51,405 nt of DNA from a virus (IMGVR_UViG_3300044836_000039:1-51405); one strand, 5' to 3'; positions 8,048 through 18,053 are shown, numbered from the stretch's first letter. The notes: generated by a model from the sequence alone, not told the origin. A program made the numbers and translations.

Positions 8048-8886
8048 GGGTGTGCTCCTGCTGGGGTGGGGTGGGCGATCTGGCGCAGCAGCGTCCACAT
8101 CTGTGGTCCGACGCCGGGGGGGAAGCCGTGTTCGGCGGCGAGGGTGTTGATGGCGAGGGCGGTGTCCGGGTCGTAGATGCCGGTGACGTTGATCGAGTTC
8201 CCGGCCTTGTTGAGGGCGTTCTGGACGTCGGTGACGTCGTGGTGGCCGGGCAGGTCCCGCATCGGGGGGTCGGTGAGGCGTAGGAAGCGGTCGTGTCCGG
8301 AGGGGGGCGTGGGGACCGCGGGCGTCCAGGCGCCGATCTCGCCGGTGGCGGTATCGAGGTCCGCGCTGATGCCGCTGATCTTGACGCCGTTGCGGACCTG
8401 GCGGAGCCGGGCGCGGGCGTCCCAGCGGCCGTGCGACCAGGCGTAGGTCTGCCAGCCGTAGCGGGCGACGGCGGCGTTGAGGCAGCCGTTGACGACCCTG
8501 TAGGAGCCGTACACCCCGACCCGGGAGACGCCGAGGACCGAGGCGGCGCCGCGGAAGTAGTCCGCGATCGCCGGAGTGACGGTGGTGTCGATGTCGACGG
8601 CGAAGTAGATCGCGGCCGTCGGGGGGGCGCCGCAGGCGTTGGCTTGGGCGAGGGCGGCCTTGGCGTCCTGCACACCTGCGTCGCGGCCGTCGAGGGCCCG
8701 GTCGGCGGTGCTCTCCCAGACCAGCACGATCGACAGGCCAGCGGCGAGCCACCCCCTGGCCTCGTCGGGGTGCAGGTTCTTCCCGTCGGTGTGGGACAGG
8801 TAGCGGCACACGAACGTGTAGCCCTGCCGGCGGACGTCGCCGTAGTCGATCGCGGGGTGCCAGGCGAAGTCGATGCCGTTGCTCAT
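8044..8886 (-). CDS. Endolysin, DUF1906 (GH25-like) muramidase with peptidoglycan-binding domain
   Basis: GIDF, FVCRYLS, LVWE, IYFAVD, GVYG, WQTYAWS; C-terminal DVQNALN...TGIY.P.T. Confidence 0.9.
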   Translation of the reverse strand: MSNGIDFAWHPAIDYGDVRRQGYTFVCRYLSHTDGKNLHPDEARGWLAAGLSIVLVWESTADRALDGRDAGVQDAKAALAQANACGAPPTAAIYFAVDIDTTVTPAIADYFRGAASVLGVSRVGVYGSYRVVNGCLNAAVARYGWQTYAWSHGRWDARARLRQVRNGVKISGISADLDTATGEIGAWTPAVPTPPSGHDRFLRLTDPPMRDLPGHHDVTDVQNALNKAGNSINVTGIYDPDTALAINTLAAEHGFPPGVGPQMWTLLRQIAHPTPAGAHP

Positions 8887-9062
8887 GAGGCTCCACGGGT
8901 CGGGGTGGTGGTGGGCCGTGCTGGTCGGTGGAGCTCGACGGGCCCGACCGGGCCGTGGCAGTGGGGGCAGACGGCCCGGGGGTCGTCGTCGGCGTCGCGG
9001 ATCGTCATCCGGGCGCAGCGTGGGGTGAGGCAGCGTTGGGCGGCGAGGCGCGGGACGGTCAC
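8883..9062 (-). CDS. Small zinc-ribbon protein
   Basis: Own translation: C-x4-C ... CPHC, 59 aa; TGA overlaps the lysin ATG. Confidence 0.55.
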   Translation of the reverse strand: MTVPRLAAQRCLTPRCARMTIRDADDDPRAVCPHCHGPVGPVELHRPARPTTTPTRGAS

Positions 9063-9063
9063 C

Positions 9064-9504
9064 TCAGCCTCCGGATGGCGACGGGCTCGGGGTGGGTGAG
9101 GGACTGCGCGCTGGTTTCGGTGGGAGCGGGACGCGTGGGCAGGGCGGGACGGTGAGGTGGACCTGCTGGGCGATGGCCTCGACCTGGTCGCACAGGGCGA
9201 GCTGGAGTCGGCGGCTGTCGTTGCGGTCGGCGATGGCGCTTTGGTCGGACCGGGCCTGGTCCGCGGCGTACTGCCTGGTCAAGGCCGTGAGCTGGCGGGT
9301 GAGTTCGGTGTTGCGTTCGACGGCCGCCCGGGAAGACATGTCGGTCGCCCGGGCGCCCTTGACGGAGAACACGGCGCTGAGGCCGCCGAGGAGGATCAGT
9401 ACGACAAGGCCGATGAGGAGGGGCAGCGCGGCGTGCTGACGCTGAGCTCTCTCGATCGCGGCGATGACCTCACGCTCGGTGTGGTCGTAGGGCTCGAGGG
9501 TCAC
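9064..9504 (-). CDS. Membrane-anchored coiled-coil protein of the lysis cassette
   Basis: TM helix, coiled coil, two Cys and Pro-rich tail. Confidence 0.7.
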   Translation of the reverse strand: MTLEPYDHTEREVIAAIERAQRQHAALPLLIGLVVLILLGGLSAVFSVKGARATDMSSRAAVERNTELTRQLTALTRQYAADQARSDQSAIADRNDSRRLQLALCDQVEAIAQQVHLTVPPCPRVPLPPKPARSPSPTPSPSPSGG

Positions 9505-9950
9505 GTCGAGTTCTCGTCCGCGACGGTGCTGCCTCGGCGGCTCGGGAGGTCGACGGTGTGACCGCGTTCCCGCTGGTCGCGCCACCAGCGGAGTTCAGCG
9601 GCGTTCTCGGCCAGGGCCTTGACCATGTCGCCGCTGACGCCCGCGAGGGTCTTCTCCCTGGCGAGGCCTTCCCCGACAAGCTCCTGGAGCTTGACGACGT
9701 TGACGGCCTGGACGCGGATGGCCCCGGCGGTCTCATTTTCCCGTTCGGCGACGGCGCGAGGAACGAGGTCACCTTTGACAATCATCCGGGCGACGTAGAC
9801 CAGGCCGGCGACGGCCGCGGCTGATCCGCCCCCTTGGAGCCAGGGGGCGATTTGGCTCGCTCCGCTGTCGGCGGATGCGAGGACGACGGCGACGTTCCCG
9901 CCCCCGGCGACCGCGAGGGCGGCAGTGAGGGACGCCCCGGTGGCGATCAC
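9501..9950 (-). CDS. Membrane protein of the lysis cassette
   Basis: Hydrophobic segment then GDLVPR and a coiled coil, typical of actinophage lysis-adjacent membrane proteins. Confidence 0.65.
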   Translation of the reverse strand: MIATGASLTAALAVAGGGNVAVVLASADSGASQIAPWLQGGGSAAAVAGLVYVARMIVKGDLVPRAVAERENETAGAIRVQAVNVVKLQELVGEGLAREKTLAGVSGDMVKALAENAAELRWWRDQRERGHTVDLPSRRGSTVADENST

Positions 9951-10015
9951 TCCGCCCGCTGTGTGTCGCGCATGGGTTGACGGTACGACAAAGAGACCTT
10001 GGCAGCCGGGAGGCT

Positions 10016-10042
10016 GTGGTGCCCGGGGCCCGCAGGCACCAC
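10016..10042 (-). terminator. Stem-loop after the tail operon
   Basis: GTGGTGCC / GGCACCAC inverted repeat immediately after the stop at 10045; no strong U-tract. Confidence 0.45.
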
Positions 10043-10044
10043 CG

Positions 10045-10443
10045 TCAGAAACCGGGGACCTTCCCCCATACGGCGATGAGTGAGGAGTCGCTGGTCTTGA
10101 CCATCTTCCAGCCGGCCACCGGCACTGCGGTCGATGCCAGCGCGGCGTTGCTGACCCAGTAGAAGTCATGACCGGGGTCGGCGCCGGACCCTGCGTTGTA
10201 CAGGACCGTGCCAGCGTCGTCGTAGGCGTAGACGGTGATGCCGGGCATCCCGAGCCCGACACCCGCTCCGGTGCGGCCGAGTGTGCACCAGGTGGGGCGC
10301 GAGAAGTTGTCGACGTACCCGGTCGTGGACGGGTTGGTCGTCGGGTAGAGCGGGATCGCCGCCCAGTAGAACGTAGGCGCCATGAACTTCGTCATGTACG
10401 GGTTGGCGTCGTGTCTGATGCCGGGGCGGGCGGCGGCTTGCAT
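10045..10443 (-). CDS. Small minor tail or receptor-binding accessory protein
   Basis: ATG 10443 overlaps the previous stop; aromatic/Gly/Thr-rich. Confidence 0.6.
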   Translation of the reverse strand: MQAAARPGIRHDANPYMTKFMAPTFYWAAIPLYPTTNPSTTGYVDNFSRPTWCTLGRTGAGVGLGMPGITVYAYDDAGTVLYNAGSGADPGHDFYWVSNAALASTAVPVAGWKMVKTSDSSLIAVWGKVPGF

Positions 10444-11645
10444 CAGTAGTTGAGGCCGGCGACGAAGCCGCGCCAGTTCGTTGCGTCGTCGGCCATGAAC
10501 GACAAGACGTCGGCCTTGCCGGCGGTGGTTGTGAGGGTGGGGGTGGTGCCGCCGGGCCAGAGGACGCTCGCGGGCCAGGTGGCGGTGCGGGAGCCGGTGC
10601 CGTCCTGCACGAGGGTGAGCGTGAACGACTTGCCGGCCGCGGGAGTGGGGAAGGTGAAGGTGCAGTTCCCGGTGAGGGTGACGCGGTGGATCGTGGCGAC
10701 CGTGACATCCGGCAGGGTCAGCGCCGACCCGGACGCGGCGACGGTGTTGACCGTGTCGGGGCCGCCGATCTGCTGCCAGTTCAGGGTCCCGACGGCGAGG
10801 GCGACGAAGTTGTCGTAGGTGTCGGTACTGCCGCCGGTCGCGAAGCCGGCGCGGGTGTTCGCGGTCAGGGGCGAGGCGTCGAGGTAGATGACGCCGTAGT
10901 CGAAGGTGGTGCCGGCGCCGGTGTCGATGCGCCACCGGATCTGCCCGGTGGTGCTGGTCGTGAGGGTGATCCGGTCGGTGCGACCGGCGACGGGTGTGTA
11001 GCCGCCGTTGTTCGATCCGCTGGTGAGCTGCACCCCATTGCGGTAGAGCTGGAAGTTGCCGCTTGCGTTGACGTTCAGGACATAGCCGGTGGTGCCGCTG
11101 GTGTCGCTGAAGTTCGCGAGCAGCTGCGCGGAGCCACCAGCGGCAAACGTCCAGTCCAGGGAGACCTCGTGCCCCCCTGCGGCGAGGGGGACGGTGATCG
11201 GGTACTGGTTGTTCACGGTGGCCTGGTGGCTGACGATCTTGGGGCCGGTCTGACCGGGGTAGGCCGTCCAGGCGGCGCCACTGGAGGACGTGCCGAGGGC
11301 GAGCGCGTCCGGACGGTCGAAGTCGTCGGTGACGATGACGCCGGCGACGCCGGTCAGGACGTACTCCCGGCCGGTCAGGTCGTCTTGATGCAGGTCACCG
11401 AGGAGGCGGTCGAGGAACGGCGAGATGCCGTGCCCGACGGTGCTCCGGAACGAGGCGAAGGCCCCGGCTCCGCCGAGATCAAGCCAGTTCGTCGGGTCCG
11501 GCGGCGGCGCGCCGAGGATCTTCGCGAGCGCCATGTAGGGATGCGTGGCGACCTTCACGACCTGCCGCGGCAGGTAGGTCCGGGTGCCGTCGTACTCGCC
11601 CTGGTAGGTCAGGGGCAGGTCGCCGCCGCCGCGGCCGCCGCTCAC
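10443..11645 (-). CDS. Tail fibre / receptor-binding minor tail protein
   Basis: N-terminal CBM5/12-like motif, TDDFDRPD lectin-like domain, C-terminal VQDGTGSRTATWP..V.WPGG..P domain. Confidence 0.8.
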   Translation of the reverse strand: MSGGRGGGDLPLTYQGEYDGTRTYLPRQVVKVATHPYMALAKILGAPPPDPTNWLDLGGAGAFASFRSTVGHGISPFLDRLLGDLHQDDLTGREYVLTGVAGVIVTDDFDRPDALALGTSSSGAAWTAYPGQTGPKIVSHQATVNNQYPITVPLAAGGHEVSLDWTFAAGGSAQLLANFSDTSGTTGYVLNVNASGNFQLYRNGVQLTSGSNNGGYTPVAGRTDRITLTTSTTGQIRWRIDTGAGTTFDYGVIYLDASPLTANTRAGFATGGSTDTYDNFVALAVGTLNWQQIGGPDTVNTVAASGSALTLPDVTVATIHRVTLTGNCTFTFPTPAAGKSFTLTLVQDGTGSRTATWPASVLWPGGTTPTLTTTAGKADVLSFMADDATNWRGFVAGLNY

Positions 11646-13060
11646 CGCGCGAGCCCGGTCGCCGGGTCGACATACAGCGCCCGCTCGGCGAGCGCGGGCG
11701 ACTCCGCCGGGGTGAGGGTGAGGGTGTCGGTGTCGACGTCGTACTCGACCTCTCCGACGGTGACCTGGACGGTGTCGCCGGCCAGCGACAGGTTCCGGGT
11801 CGGGTCGATCACCAGGACCGTCAGCGACAGCCCGGCCCGGACCGTCGCGAGGTCGACGGGCACCCCACCGGCGTTGAGGAGGTCCCCGCGCGTCGCGGTC
11901 CAGCCGCCCTCGTAGTGCGGCTGCGTCTTGGTCTTCGCCAGGTAGGTCGCGAGCTGCGCGTTGACCTCCGCCATCGTGAACGCGCCCTGCCCGGTCAGGT
12001 CGATCACGGCCTCGCGGGGGGCGATGTTCCCGGTCGGGCCGAGGCTGCCCAGGCCAGGGTGCACCGGGCCTTCCTGCGTCCCCACGCCGAGCGACGCGCC
12101 GCCGGTCGTCGCCCGGTAGGTGCCGGTCCGGCCGGTCGCGCCGACCGCGAGCGACCCGGTGCCCTGCCAGCGTGTGTAGAACTGCGACGTCTCGACCAGC
12201 GCCAGGTCGACCGCGGGCGACGAGAGAGACAGGACCGTCGCGGTGGCGTAGGCGAAGATCGCGTAGGCGGTGATCGTCGTCCCGTCGCTGTACAGGGTGA
12301 AGTCGTGCCCGGTCGCGAGGGCGCTGCCGTCCGGGAGGTAGAACGCCGGGTAGAACGTCGAGCCGGTGTCTGACGGTGGCGCGTCGAGGTGCTCAGCCCC
12401 GCGGAGCCCGGTCAGGGCGTCGACGTAGACGGCGTCGAGGCGGGTCACGAACCCGTCCAGGGTCCGGCCGATGTCCTGCCGTGCCCGCAGCAGCATGGTC
12501 GTGCCGTCGCCGGCCTGCGGGTAGAAGCGGATCACCCGGTCCAGGTCGACCCGCCAGCGTTTCCCCGCGGCGCTCGCGGCCTGCGTCAGGGCCTCGTCCA
12601 TCATGAACGCGCCGTCGAAGGCGTACTGCCCCGATGCGACGGGGAGGGTGTCGACCCGGCGGAAGCGGCTGTGCCGCCCGGAGACGCGAGCGGCGTCGAT
12701 GACCTCGTTCGGGTTGAGTGCGTTGTGCGTCGCCAGGCCGAGGGCGACGAAGTGCCCCGTTCCGGCGGCGTCACCGTCGGCGGTGATGCCGCGGCTGCCG
12801 TCGTCGTTGATGACCGGCGCGTTGAGTGTCCCGAGCCAAGCGTCGTCGGCGCCGCAGGTCACTCCGACGTCCCGGCCGGGGGTGAGCGCCCGGTGGGTGA
12901 ACAGCGGGTCGACGTCCAGCACACACGACAACGCCTTCGACCCGCCGGGGAAGGCCGAGCTGTAGCGCAGCCCGGAGGTCTCCCCGAGCTGCCCCAGGTA
13001 GATCCGATCCGAACCGGCGTCGTCCGGCGCCGATGTCCAGACCTCCGGGCCGGCTCTCAC
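11642..13060 (-). CDS. Minor tail protein (baseplate hub/Tal-like)
   Basis: Second gene after tape measure; 472 aa. Confidence 0.75.
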   Translation of the reverse strand: MRAGPEVWTSAPDDAGSDRIYLGQLGETSGLRYSSAFPGGSKALSCVLDVDPLFTHRALTPGRDVGVTCGADDAWLGTLNAPVINDDGSRGITADGDAAGTGHFVALGLATHNALNPNEVIDAARVSGRHSRFRRVDTLPVASGQYAFDGAFMMDEALTQAASAAGKRWRVDLDRVIRFYPQAGDGTTMLLRARQDIGRTLDGFVTRLDAVYVDALTGLRGAEHLDAPPSDTGSTFYPAFYLPDGSALATGHDFTLYSDGTTITAYAIFAYATATVLSLSSPAVDLALVETSQFYTRWQGTGSLAVGATGRTGTYRATTGGASLGVGTQEGPVHPGLGSLGPTGNIAPREAVIDLTGQGAFTMAEVNAQLATYLAKTKTQPHYEGGWTATRGDLLNAGGVPVDLATVRAGLSLTVLVIDPTRNLSLAGDTVQVTVGEVEYDVDTDTLTLTPAESPALAERALYVDPATGLAR

Positions 13061-14274
13061 GCGACGCGCTCAGCGAGCCACCGCGGGTAGTAGCCCAGCA
13101 CCGGTGTCGCGGGCAGCGAGCTCGCCCCGTAGACGAGCAGCGCCCCGCCCTCATCCGCCGCCGACAGGGCCAGCGGCCCGCCCGAGACGCGGGGTTCGGT
13201 GACGGCGTAGGCACTCGCCCGGGTCGTCGCCGTGTTCGACGACCACATCGGGCCGATCGCATCCCCCACGTCGGGGGCGTCGATCCATGCCTCGAGCGCA
13301 CCGGCGCCAGTCCCGGCTGCCTGCGAGAGGGCCTGGACGGTCTGCCCGCGGGTGTCCAGCAACATCACGGTGAGGAACGTTGACGAGCCGCTGTCCGCGA
13401 CCGTGATCGTGATCGAGGACGTCGCGCCGGCTGGGCGGTCGACGAGGGGCAGGGTGATGTTCCCGACGACGAGGTGCCGCAGGTTCAGCGAGCTCGTGTA
13501 GGCCTTGATGAGCTGCTGGCTGACGGTCGTGCCGCTCTGCGTGACGGTGACGGTGACGGTGCGGGCCTGGCCGGGGGCACCGTAGCTCTGCATCCCGAGG
13601 ACGAGGCTGTAGGTGCCGCGGAGCCGCTGCGCGTTCGCCAGGGTCACCGGTCCGCCGGTCAGGTCCCCGATGATCGGAGCGGTCGGATCAGCGTCGACCG
13701 GGGGACGGTGGATCAGCCACGCATCGGTCGCGGCCGCGAACCCCATCGCGGCACCGATCGGTGACCGGGCCGACCCGATCAGGCCGTGCAGGGTGAACAG
13801 CTTCCCGAGCTGCACCGTCGAGGCGAGGGTCAGCGACGGCGTGACCGAGACGGGGGAGCGGCCGTAGGGCAGGGCGGGGATCGTCAGGTCGACCTGCTGG
13901 ACGAAGTCCTCTTCGAGCATCACGTCCCAGCGGACCGTTGCCTGCGCCGGGAAGCAGTCGAAGACCAGCGGCAGGCCAGCGTCGGGAGTCCACGTCAGGG
14001 TGTACGTGTCGCTGTCGACGTCATCAAGGAGCGCATCGACTCGGGCAGTCAGGTCATCGCGGTCAGCGCCGATGACGAGAATCGGGAGGGTGAACGTGCG
14101 GTTCCCGACATGGGTGCGGTGGACCCGCTCCCCGTCCAGGAGCAGCGCCTGCACAGCGGCGGTCACGGTCTGCGGGTCCCCGAGGTCGTACTGCAGCAGC
14201 AGATGCGCGCCCGGCGCTTTCGGGTCGGCAGGGAGCAGCTCGCCGACCGTGCCGAGGACCAGCGAGGAGCTCAT
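13057..14274 (-). CDS. Distal tail protein (Dit-like)
   Basis: Follows tape measure; RTFTLPILV...L..PYG Dit-type pattern. Confidence 0.75.
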   Translation of the reverse strand: MSSSLVLGTVGELLPADPKAPGAHLLLQYDLGDPQTVTAAVQALLLDGERVHRTHVGNRTFTLPILVIGADRDDLTARVDALLDDVDSDTYTLTWTPDAGLPLVFDCFPAQATVRWDVMLEEDFVQQVDLTIPALPYGRSPVSVTPSLTLASTVQLGKLFTLHGLIGSARSPIGAAMGFAAATDAWLIHRPPVDADPTAPIIGDLTGGPVTLANAQRLRGTYSLVLGMQSYGAPGQARTVTVTVTQSGTTVSQQLIKAYTSSLNLRHLVVGNITLPLVDRPAGATSSITITVADSGSSTFLTVMLLDTRGQTVQALSQAAGTGAGALEAWIDAPDVGDAIGPMWSSNTATTRASAYAVTEPRVSGGPLALSAADEGGALLVYGASSLPATPVLGYYPRWLAERVA

Positions 14275-16700
14275 CGCGGCACCGCCGTCCGGGTCTTCGC
14301 GGTGCTCGTCACCTTCGCGTTCTTCTGGGCCTGGTCGACGGCCTTCGCGATCAGCGCCGGCTGCGCCGCGATCTGCTTGTTCAAGACGGCAACTTGCGCG
14401 TTGAGACGCGCGAGCTCCGCGTTCGCGCGGCCCTGGGCTCCGGCGCCGAACTGCCGGTCGGTGGCTTGCTGCGCGACGACCTGGGCCTGCTGACGGATCT
14501 GGCTCTCAATCGTCCCGACCTGCTTGAGCTGGTCGTTGGTGCCCATCGCGAGGGCCGCCGCGATCGCCCGGCCCTGTTCGGGACCTGCCTGCGCGAGCTC
14601 GGCGAGGACACCCTTGTCGAGGCCGCGCTTCCCGAGGGTCGCGAGGTTCTTCGAGAACAGCGCATCGGCGCGAAGCCGGTTCTGCAGCTGCGCCCCGATC
14701 CCGCCAGCTGTCGCGAGACTGTTGTCCGGCAGCAGACCGGTGATCCCGGAGAAGGCTCCGACTTGACCGAGGACCTGCGAGCGGAAGTCGCTGATCCGCT
14801 TGCCCTGTGCGGCGATGCTGGCCTGGGACTGCTTGAGGGCGTCGAGCTGCGTCTGCAGCGCCTCGGTGACCTTCTCGCCGGCTGCCCGCGCCGCCTCGGT
14901 GGCTGCGGTGATCGCGTCGGCCTGGGCCTGCTGGTTCTTCGCGTACTGGTCCTGGGCGTACTTCGTGGCCGCCGCGGCCCGCTTGGCTGCCTCTGCCGCC
15001 TGGTTGGCGGCCTTCTGCGTCGGCGTGATGGCCGTGCCAGCAGCAAGAGCGTGTCGGCCTTCGTCGATGTGGCCGGCGGCGGGGTCGCCCCGGTCGGGGG
15101 GGCGGAAGCCGGGGTGGTCGGCGGTGTACTGGTCGGGGTTCGCGTCATACGCCGCCTGGGCGAGGGTGCCGAGGTTCTCGTAGGTGTTGGGCAGGTTCTT
15201 GATGTAGTCGTGGTCGTCCTTCAGGCCCTTGATCGCCTTCCACGCCTCGTATGCCGTGGCCAGCACAGCGGCTAGGGCCGCAACCTCCGGGAGCGCGAGC
15301 TTCGACGAGGCCCCGACCGCCTCGATGCCCGCGGCAGCGCCCGTCCCCGAAGCGGCGATGCCGGCCACCCCGGTCGCGACGGCGGGCAGGACCTCAGTCG
15401 CCGCGAGGCGGGCGTTCCAGATCGAGGCGGCCTTCGACGCTCCCGCGAACGCAGCCATCCCGATCGCCGCGTCCTTGAACGCGTTCGGGTGGTCGATGAA
15501 GAACTTGATGACGGCGATGACCGGCTTGAATGCCTCGCCCAAGCCCTTCGCGTCTTCAGCGAGGTAGCCCAGCTCGCGGCGCAGATCACCGCCCGTGCCC
15601 ACACCGCGGTCGAACTCGTCGACGAGCTTGGAGAACTTCCGCTCCCCATCCAGGACGTAGGGCAGGAGCTTCTCACCGAGCTCCGCGCTGATGTCCGCGA
15701 ACTGCTTGTGCAAGATCCGGGTCTGGTTGGCGTACCCGTCGGCGGTGCGGGCGGCGTCGCCCTGAGCGGTCGCCGTGTCCTTCAGGATGATCTGGTACGC
15801 GGCCTGCGCCTTCTGCGCCGCCGTCAGCGGGGTCTTCTGCCCCGCGAGGGCCTTCGTCAGCGCATCGTTTGCCCGGTTGAGCTTGTCCTGCGCTAGCGCC
15901 GCATCGATGGTGCCCTTGCCGTGCTCACGCTGCACCTTCGCCAGGTTGACCACGGCCGCGGCGACGGCATCGTGCGCCGCCGTGATAGCCGGGCCGTCCT
16001 TGACCGGCTGGGCGATCCCGAGCGCGAACGCCTCCGCCTGGATGCGGCTCTCCGACAGCGTGACGCCGAATTTGCGGAGCGGCTCGGCCTCGCCGAGAAG
16101 ACCGGAGCGTAGGGCGAGGAGCGCCTCGTCCGTGCCGACGTTGTTGAACGACGACAGGTCCTCCGCGAGACCCACGAGCTTCGTCGACAGGTCCGCCGCC
16201 GGCTTCTCTCCGATGCCCAGCGAGACGAACAGGTTCCCGAACGTCGCGGACGCCTCGATCGCCGCCTGCTTCGACAGCAGCAGGTTCCGCTGCGAGTCAT
16301 CCGCGAAGGCGGTGACGGCACCGGCTGCGTCGTGGAAGACCGCGACGTTCTTGCCCATCGACTCGTGCAGGTCCGACGCCGCGGTGATCGTGCCCTCGAG
16401 CGCGCGGAACCCCCCGCCGATCAGGTCGGCGCCGAAGATCGAGGTGATCCCGGCACCGACGAGCTTGCCGAAGCTCAGCCCGTGCTCCTTGCCGCGCTTG
16501 TTGAGCTCCGCGCCGAAGTCGTCGCCGGCCTGCCTCGCGAACGGCCGCAGAGCCGGGGCGATGGCCTTGCCCAGCACGGTCCCGAACCGGTCACCGGCCT
16601 TCGCTGCAGCCCGGTTCAGGGGGGTGTCGATCTCGCGCTCGAACTTGCCCTGATCGACGAGGGCGCGGATCTCCAGCTCGACGGACCCGGCGACCGTCAT
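14271..16700 (-). CDS. Tape measure protein
   Basis: 809 aa Ala-rich helical protein; ASDL.ES..K...VF, DLSSFNN, GEAEPLRKFGV, GDAART motifs. Confidence 0.93.
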   Translation of the reverse strand: MTVAGSVELEIRALVDQGKFEREIDTPLNRAAAKAGDRFGTVLGKAIAPALRPFARQAGDDFGAELNKRGKEHGLSFGKLVGAGITSIFGADLIGGGFRALEGTITAASDLHESMGKNVAVFHDAAGAVTAFADDSQRNLLLSKQAAIEASATFGNLFVSLGIGEKPAADLSTKLVGLAEDLSSFNNVGTDEALLALRSGLLGEAEPLRKFGVTLSESRIQAEAFALGIAQPVKDGPAITAAHDAVAAAVVNLAKVQREHGKGTIDAALAQDKLNRANDALTKALAGQKTPLTAAQKAQAAYQIILKDTATAQGDAARTADGYANQTRILHKQFADISAELGEKLLPYVLDGERKFSKLVDEFDRGVGTGGDLRRELGYLAEDAKGLGEAFKPVIAVIKFFIDHPNAFKDAAIGMAAFAGASKAASIWNARLAATEVLPAVATGVAGIAASGTGAAAGIEAVGASSKLALPEVAALAAVLATAYEAWKAIKGLKDDHDYIKNLPNTYENLGTLAQAAYDANPDQYTADHPGFRPPDRGDPAAGHIDEGRHALAAGTAITPTQKAANQAAEAAKRAAAATKYAQDQYAKNQQAQADAITAATEAARAAGEKVTEALQTQLDALKQSQASIAAQGKRISDFRSQVLGQVGAFSGITGLLPDNSLATAGGIGAQLQNRLRADALFSKNLATLGKRGLDKGVLAELAQAGPEQGRAIAAALAMGTNDQLKQVGTIESQIRQQAQVVAQQATDRQFGAGAQGRANAELARLNAQVAVLNKQIAAQPALIAKAVDQAQKNAKVTSTAKTRTAVPR

Positions 16701-17025
16701 GCCTCGTCACCGTCCGGCTCCCAGCCGGCCGACAGCCACGTATCGTCGTCAGCTTGGTCGGACCGGGCGACATACGGCAGATGCGCGAAGCCCTCCGCGG
16801 TCGCGATGTGCACGATCACGTCGACCTGTGGCAGGACGTCGCGGCTGATCCCGTGCGCCGCGAGGAACCGGGACTCCTCGACGAGCAGGACGTCGATGAC
16901 GGCGCAGACCTCGTCGGCCGGCCGATCGCGCCACCGGCCCAGACCGGCGAGCAGGCACCGGCCGTCCAGGAGCCCCGCGTTCTCACGCGCCCACCTCAGG
17001 TACCGGAGGGCGACCGGGTAGGGCG
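16697..17025 (-). CDS. -1 frame extension of the tail assembly chaperone (G-T equivalent)
   Basis: Open -1 frame PYPVALRYLRWARENAGLLDGRCLLAG... overlaps the TAC end; its TGA overlaps the tape-measure ATG; no good own start. Confidence 0.65.
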
Positions 17026-17388
17026 GGCCGTGTACACCTCGTAGAGCCGCTGCGCGACCTGCGCCACTGCCTTGCTCGAGATGTTGTAGTCGGGGCTGAA
17101 CCGGACCTCATGCCAGCGGGCGTGGCTCTCGGGCAGGAACGCCGCGTCGAACAGGTCGAAGACAGCGCCGCCGCCGGTCCGGCTCACCGAGCTGCCGTAC
17201 ATGGCGTCGAGGCCGTTGAGGACGCCGGCGTTGACGAAGGGCCGGCAGCGGAACTCCTCGGTGGTCTCCTCCCACTCCCGGAACCCGTTCTCGTCTTCCT
17301 CGGTGACGGCCTTGTGGAAGATGACCGGGATCACGATCGGCTTCTGGTCGGTGTCCGGCGGCTCGGAGCGGATCGGCTCGATGCTCAA
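16996..17388 (-). CDS. Tail assembly chaperone
   Basis: Position before TMP; AGGAGG RBS; ends YTARPT. Confidence 0.75.
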   Translation of the reverse strand: MSIEPIRSEPPDTDQKPIVIPVIFHKAVTEEDENGFREWEETTEEFRCRPFVNAGVLNGLDAMYGSSVSRTGGGAVFDLFDAAFLPESHARWHEVRFSPDYNISSKAVAQVAQRLYEVYTARPTRSPSGT

Positions 17389-17456
17389 CGTGTTCCTCCT
17401 GGCAGGTGGCTGCCCACGCTACGCGGTCAAAGCGTCAAACGAGCGTTGGCGACCGC

Positions 17457-17852
17457 CTACCGGCGTGCCTCATCCAGGGCCCGGGTCATGAAGTGCGTCG
17501 CCTTGGTCCCCGGGTGCATGACCTTCTTCACCGTGACGCGCCTGCCGTTGACCACGAACGACAGAGCCTTCTTGCTGACCGGGCGGATCTCGTGTTCGCG
17601 GGTGCCGTACTCGGCCCAGACAGCCCGGGCGTCGGGGAGTTGCTCGCCGGCGATGACCCGGCCGAGGACGCCGCGGGCGTCGATCCCAACTCGGCTGAGG
17701 ATGTTCCGCTCGAGTTCCCGGCTTCGCTTCGGGGCAAGGTCCTTGGCCTTGAGCTGCACGTTGCGGGTGCGGCGTTGGATGTCGCGGGCAACTGGCCCGT
17801 CGGGGCCGCGGAGGACCCGGTCGAGGGCGACCGGATCCGGCCGGAAGGTCAC
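17457..17852 (-). CDS. HK97 gp10-like neck/tail completion protein
   Basis: EYGTR.HEIRP....ALSF......V.HPGT....FM..AL. Confidence 0.85.
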   Translation of the reverse strand: MTFRPDPVALDRVLRGPDGPVARDIQRRTRNVQLKAKDLAPKRSRELERNILSRVGIDARGVLGRVIAGEQLPDARAVWAEYGTREHEIRPVSKKALSFVVNGRRVTVKKVMHPGTKATHFMTRALDEARR

Positions 17853-17864
17853 GGCGACCCGTCC

Positions 17865-18053
17865 CTACCGTCGATGTCCACGACGGCACTCCCACCACGC
17901 GCTCCCGTACTCGAATGGGTCGAGCAGCGTCGGCGTGTGCGACCACGAGCGGTAGCGGAACCGCGTCCAGCGCCAGCAACGCCAGCACCAGTGACGCTCG
18001 CGAACGTGACCGAGGAAGGGATGCAAGGCCTCAGAGGGGGGCGGGATCATCAT
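17865..18053 (-). CDS. Small Cys/Trp-rich protein
   Basis: CxxC and C-terminal C..GH; coupled to the upstream gene. Confidence 0.4.
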   Translation of the reverse strand: MMIPPPSEALHPFLGHVRERHWCWRCWRWTRFRYRSWSHTPTLLDPFEYGSAWWECRRGHRR

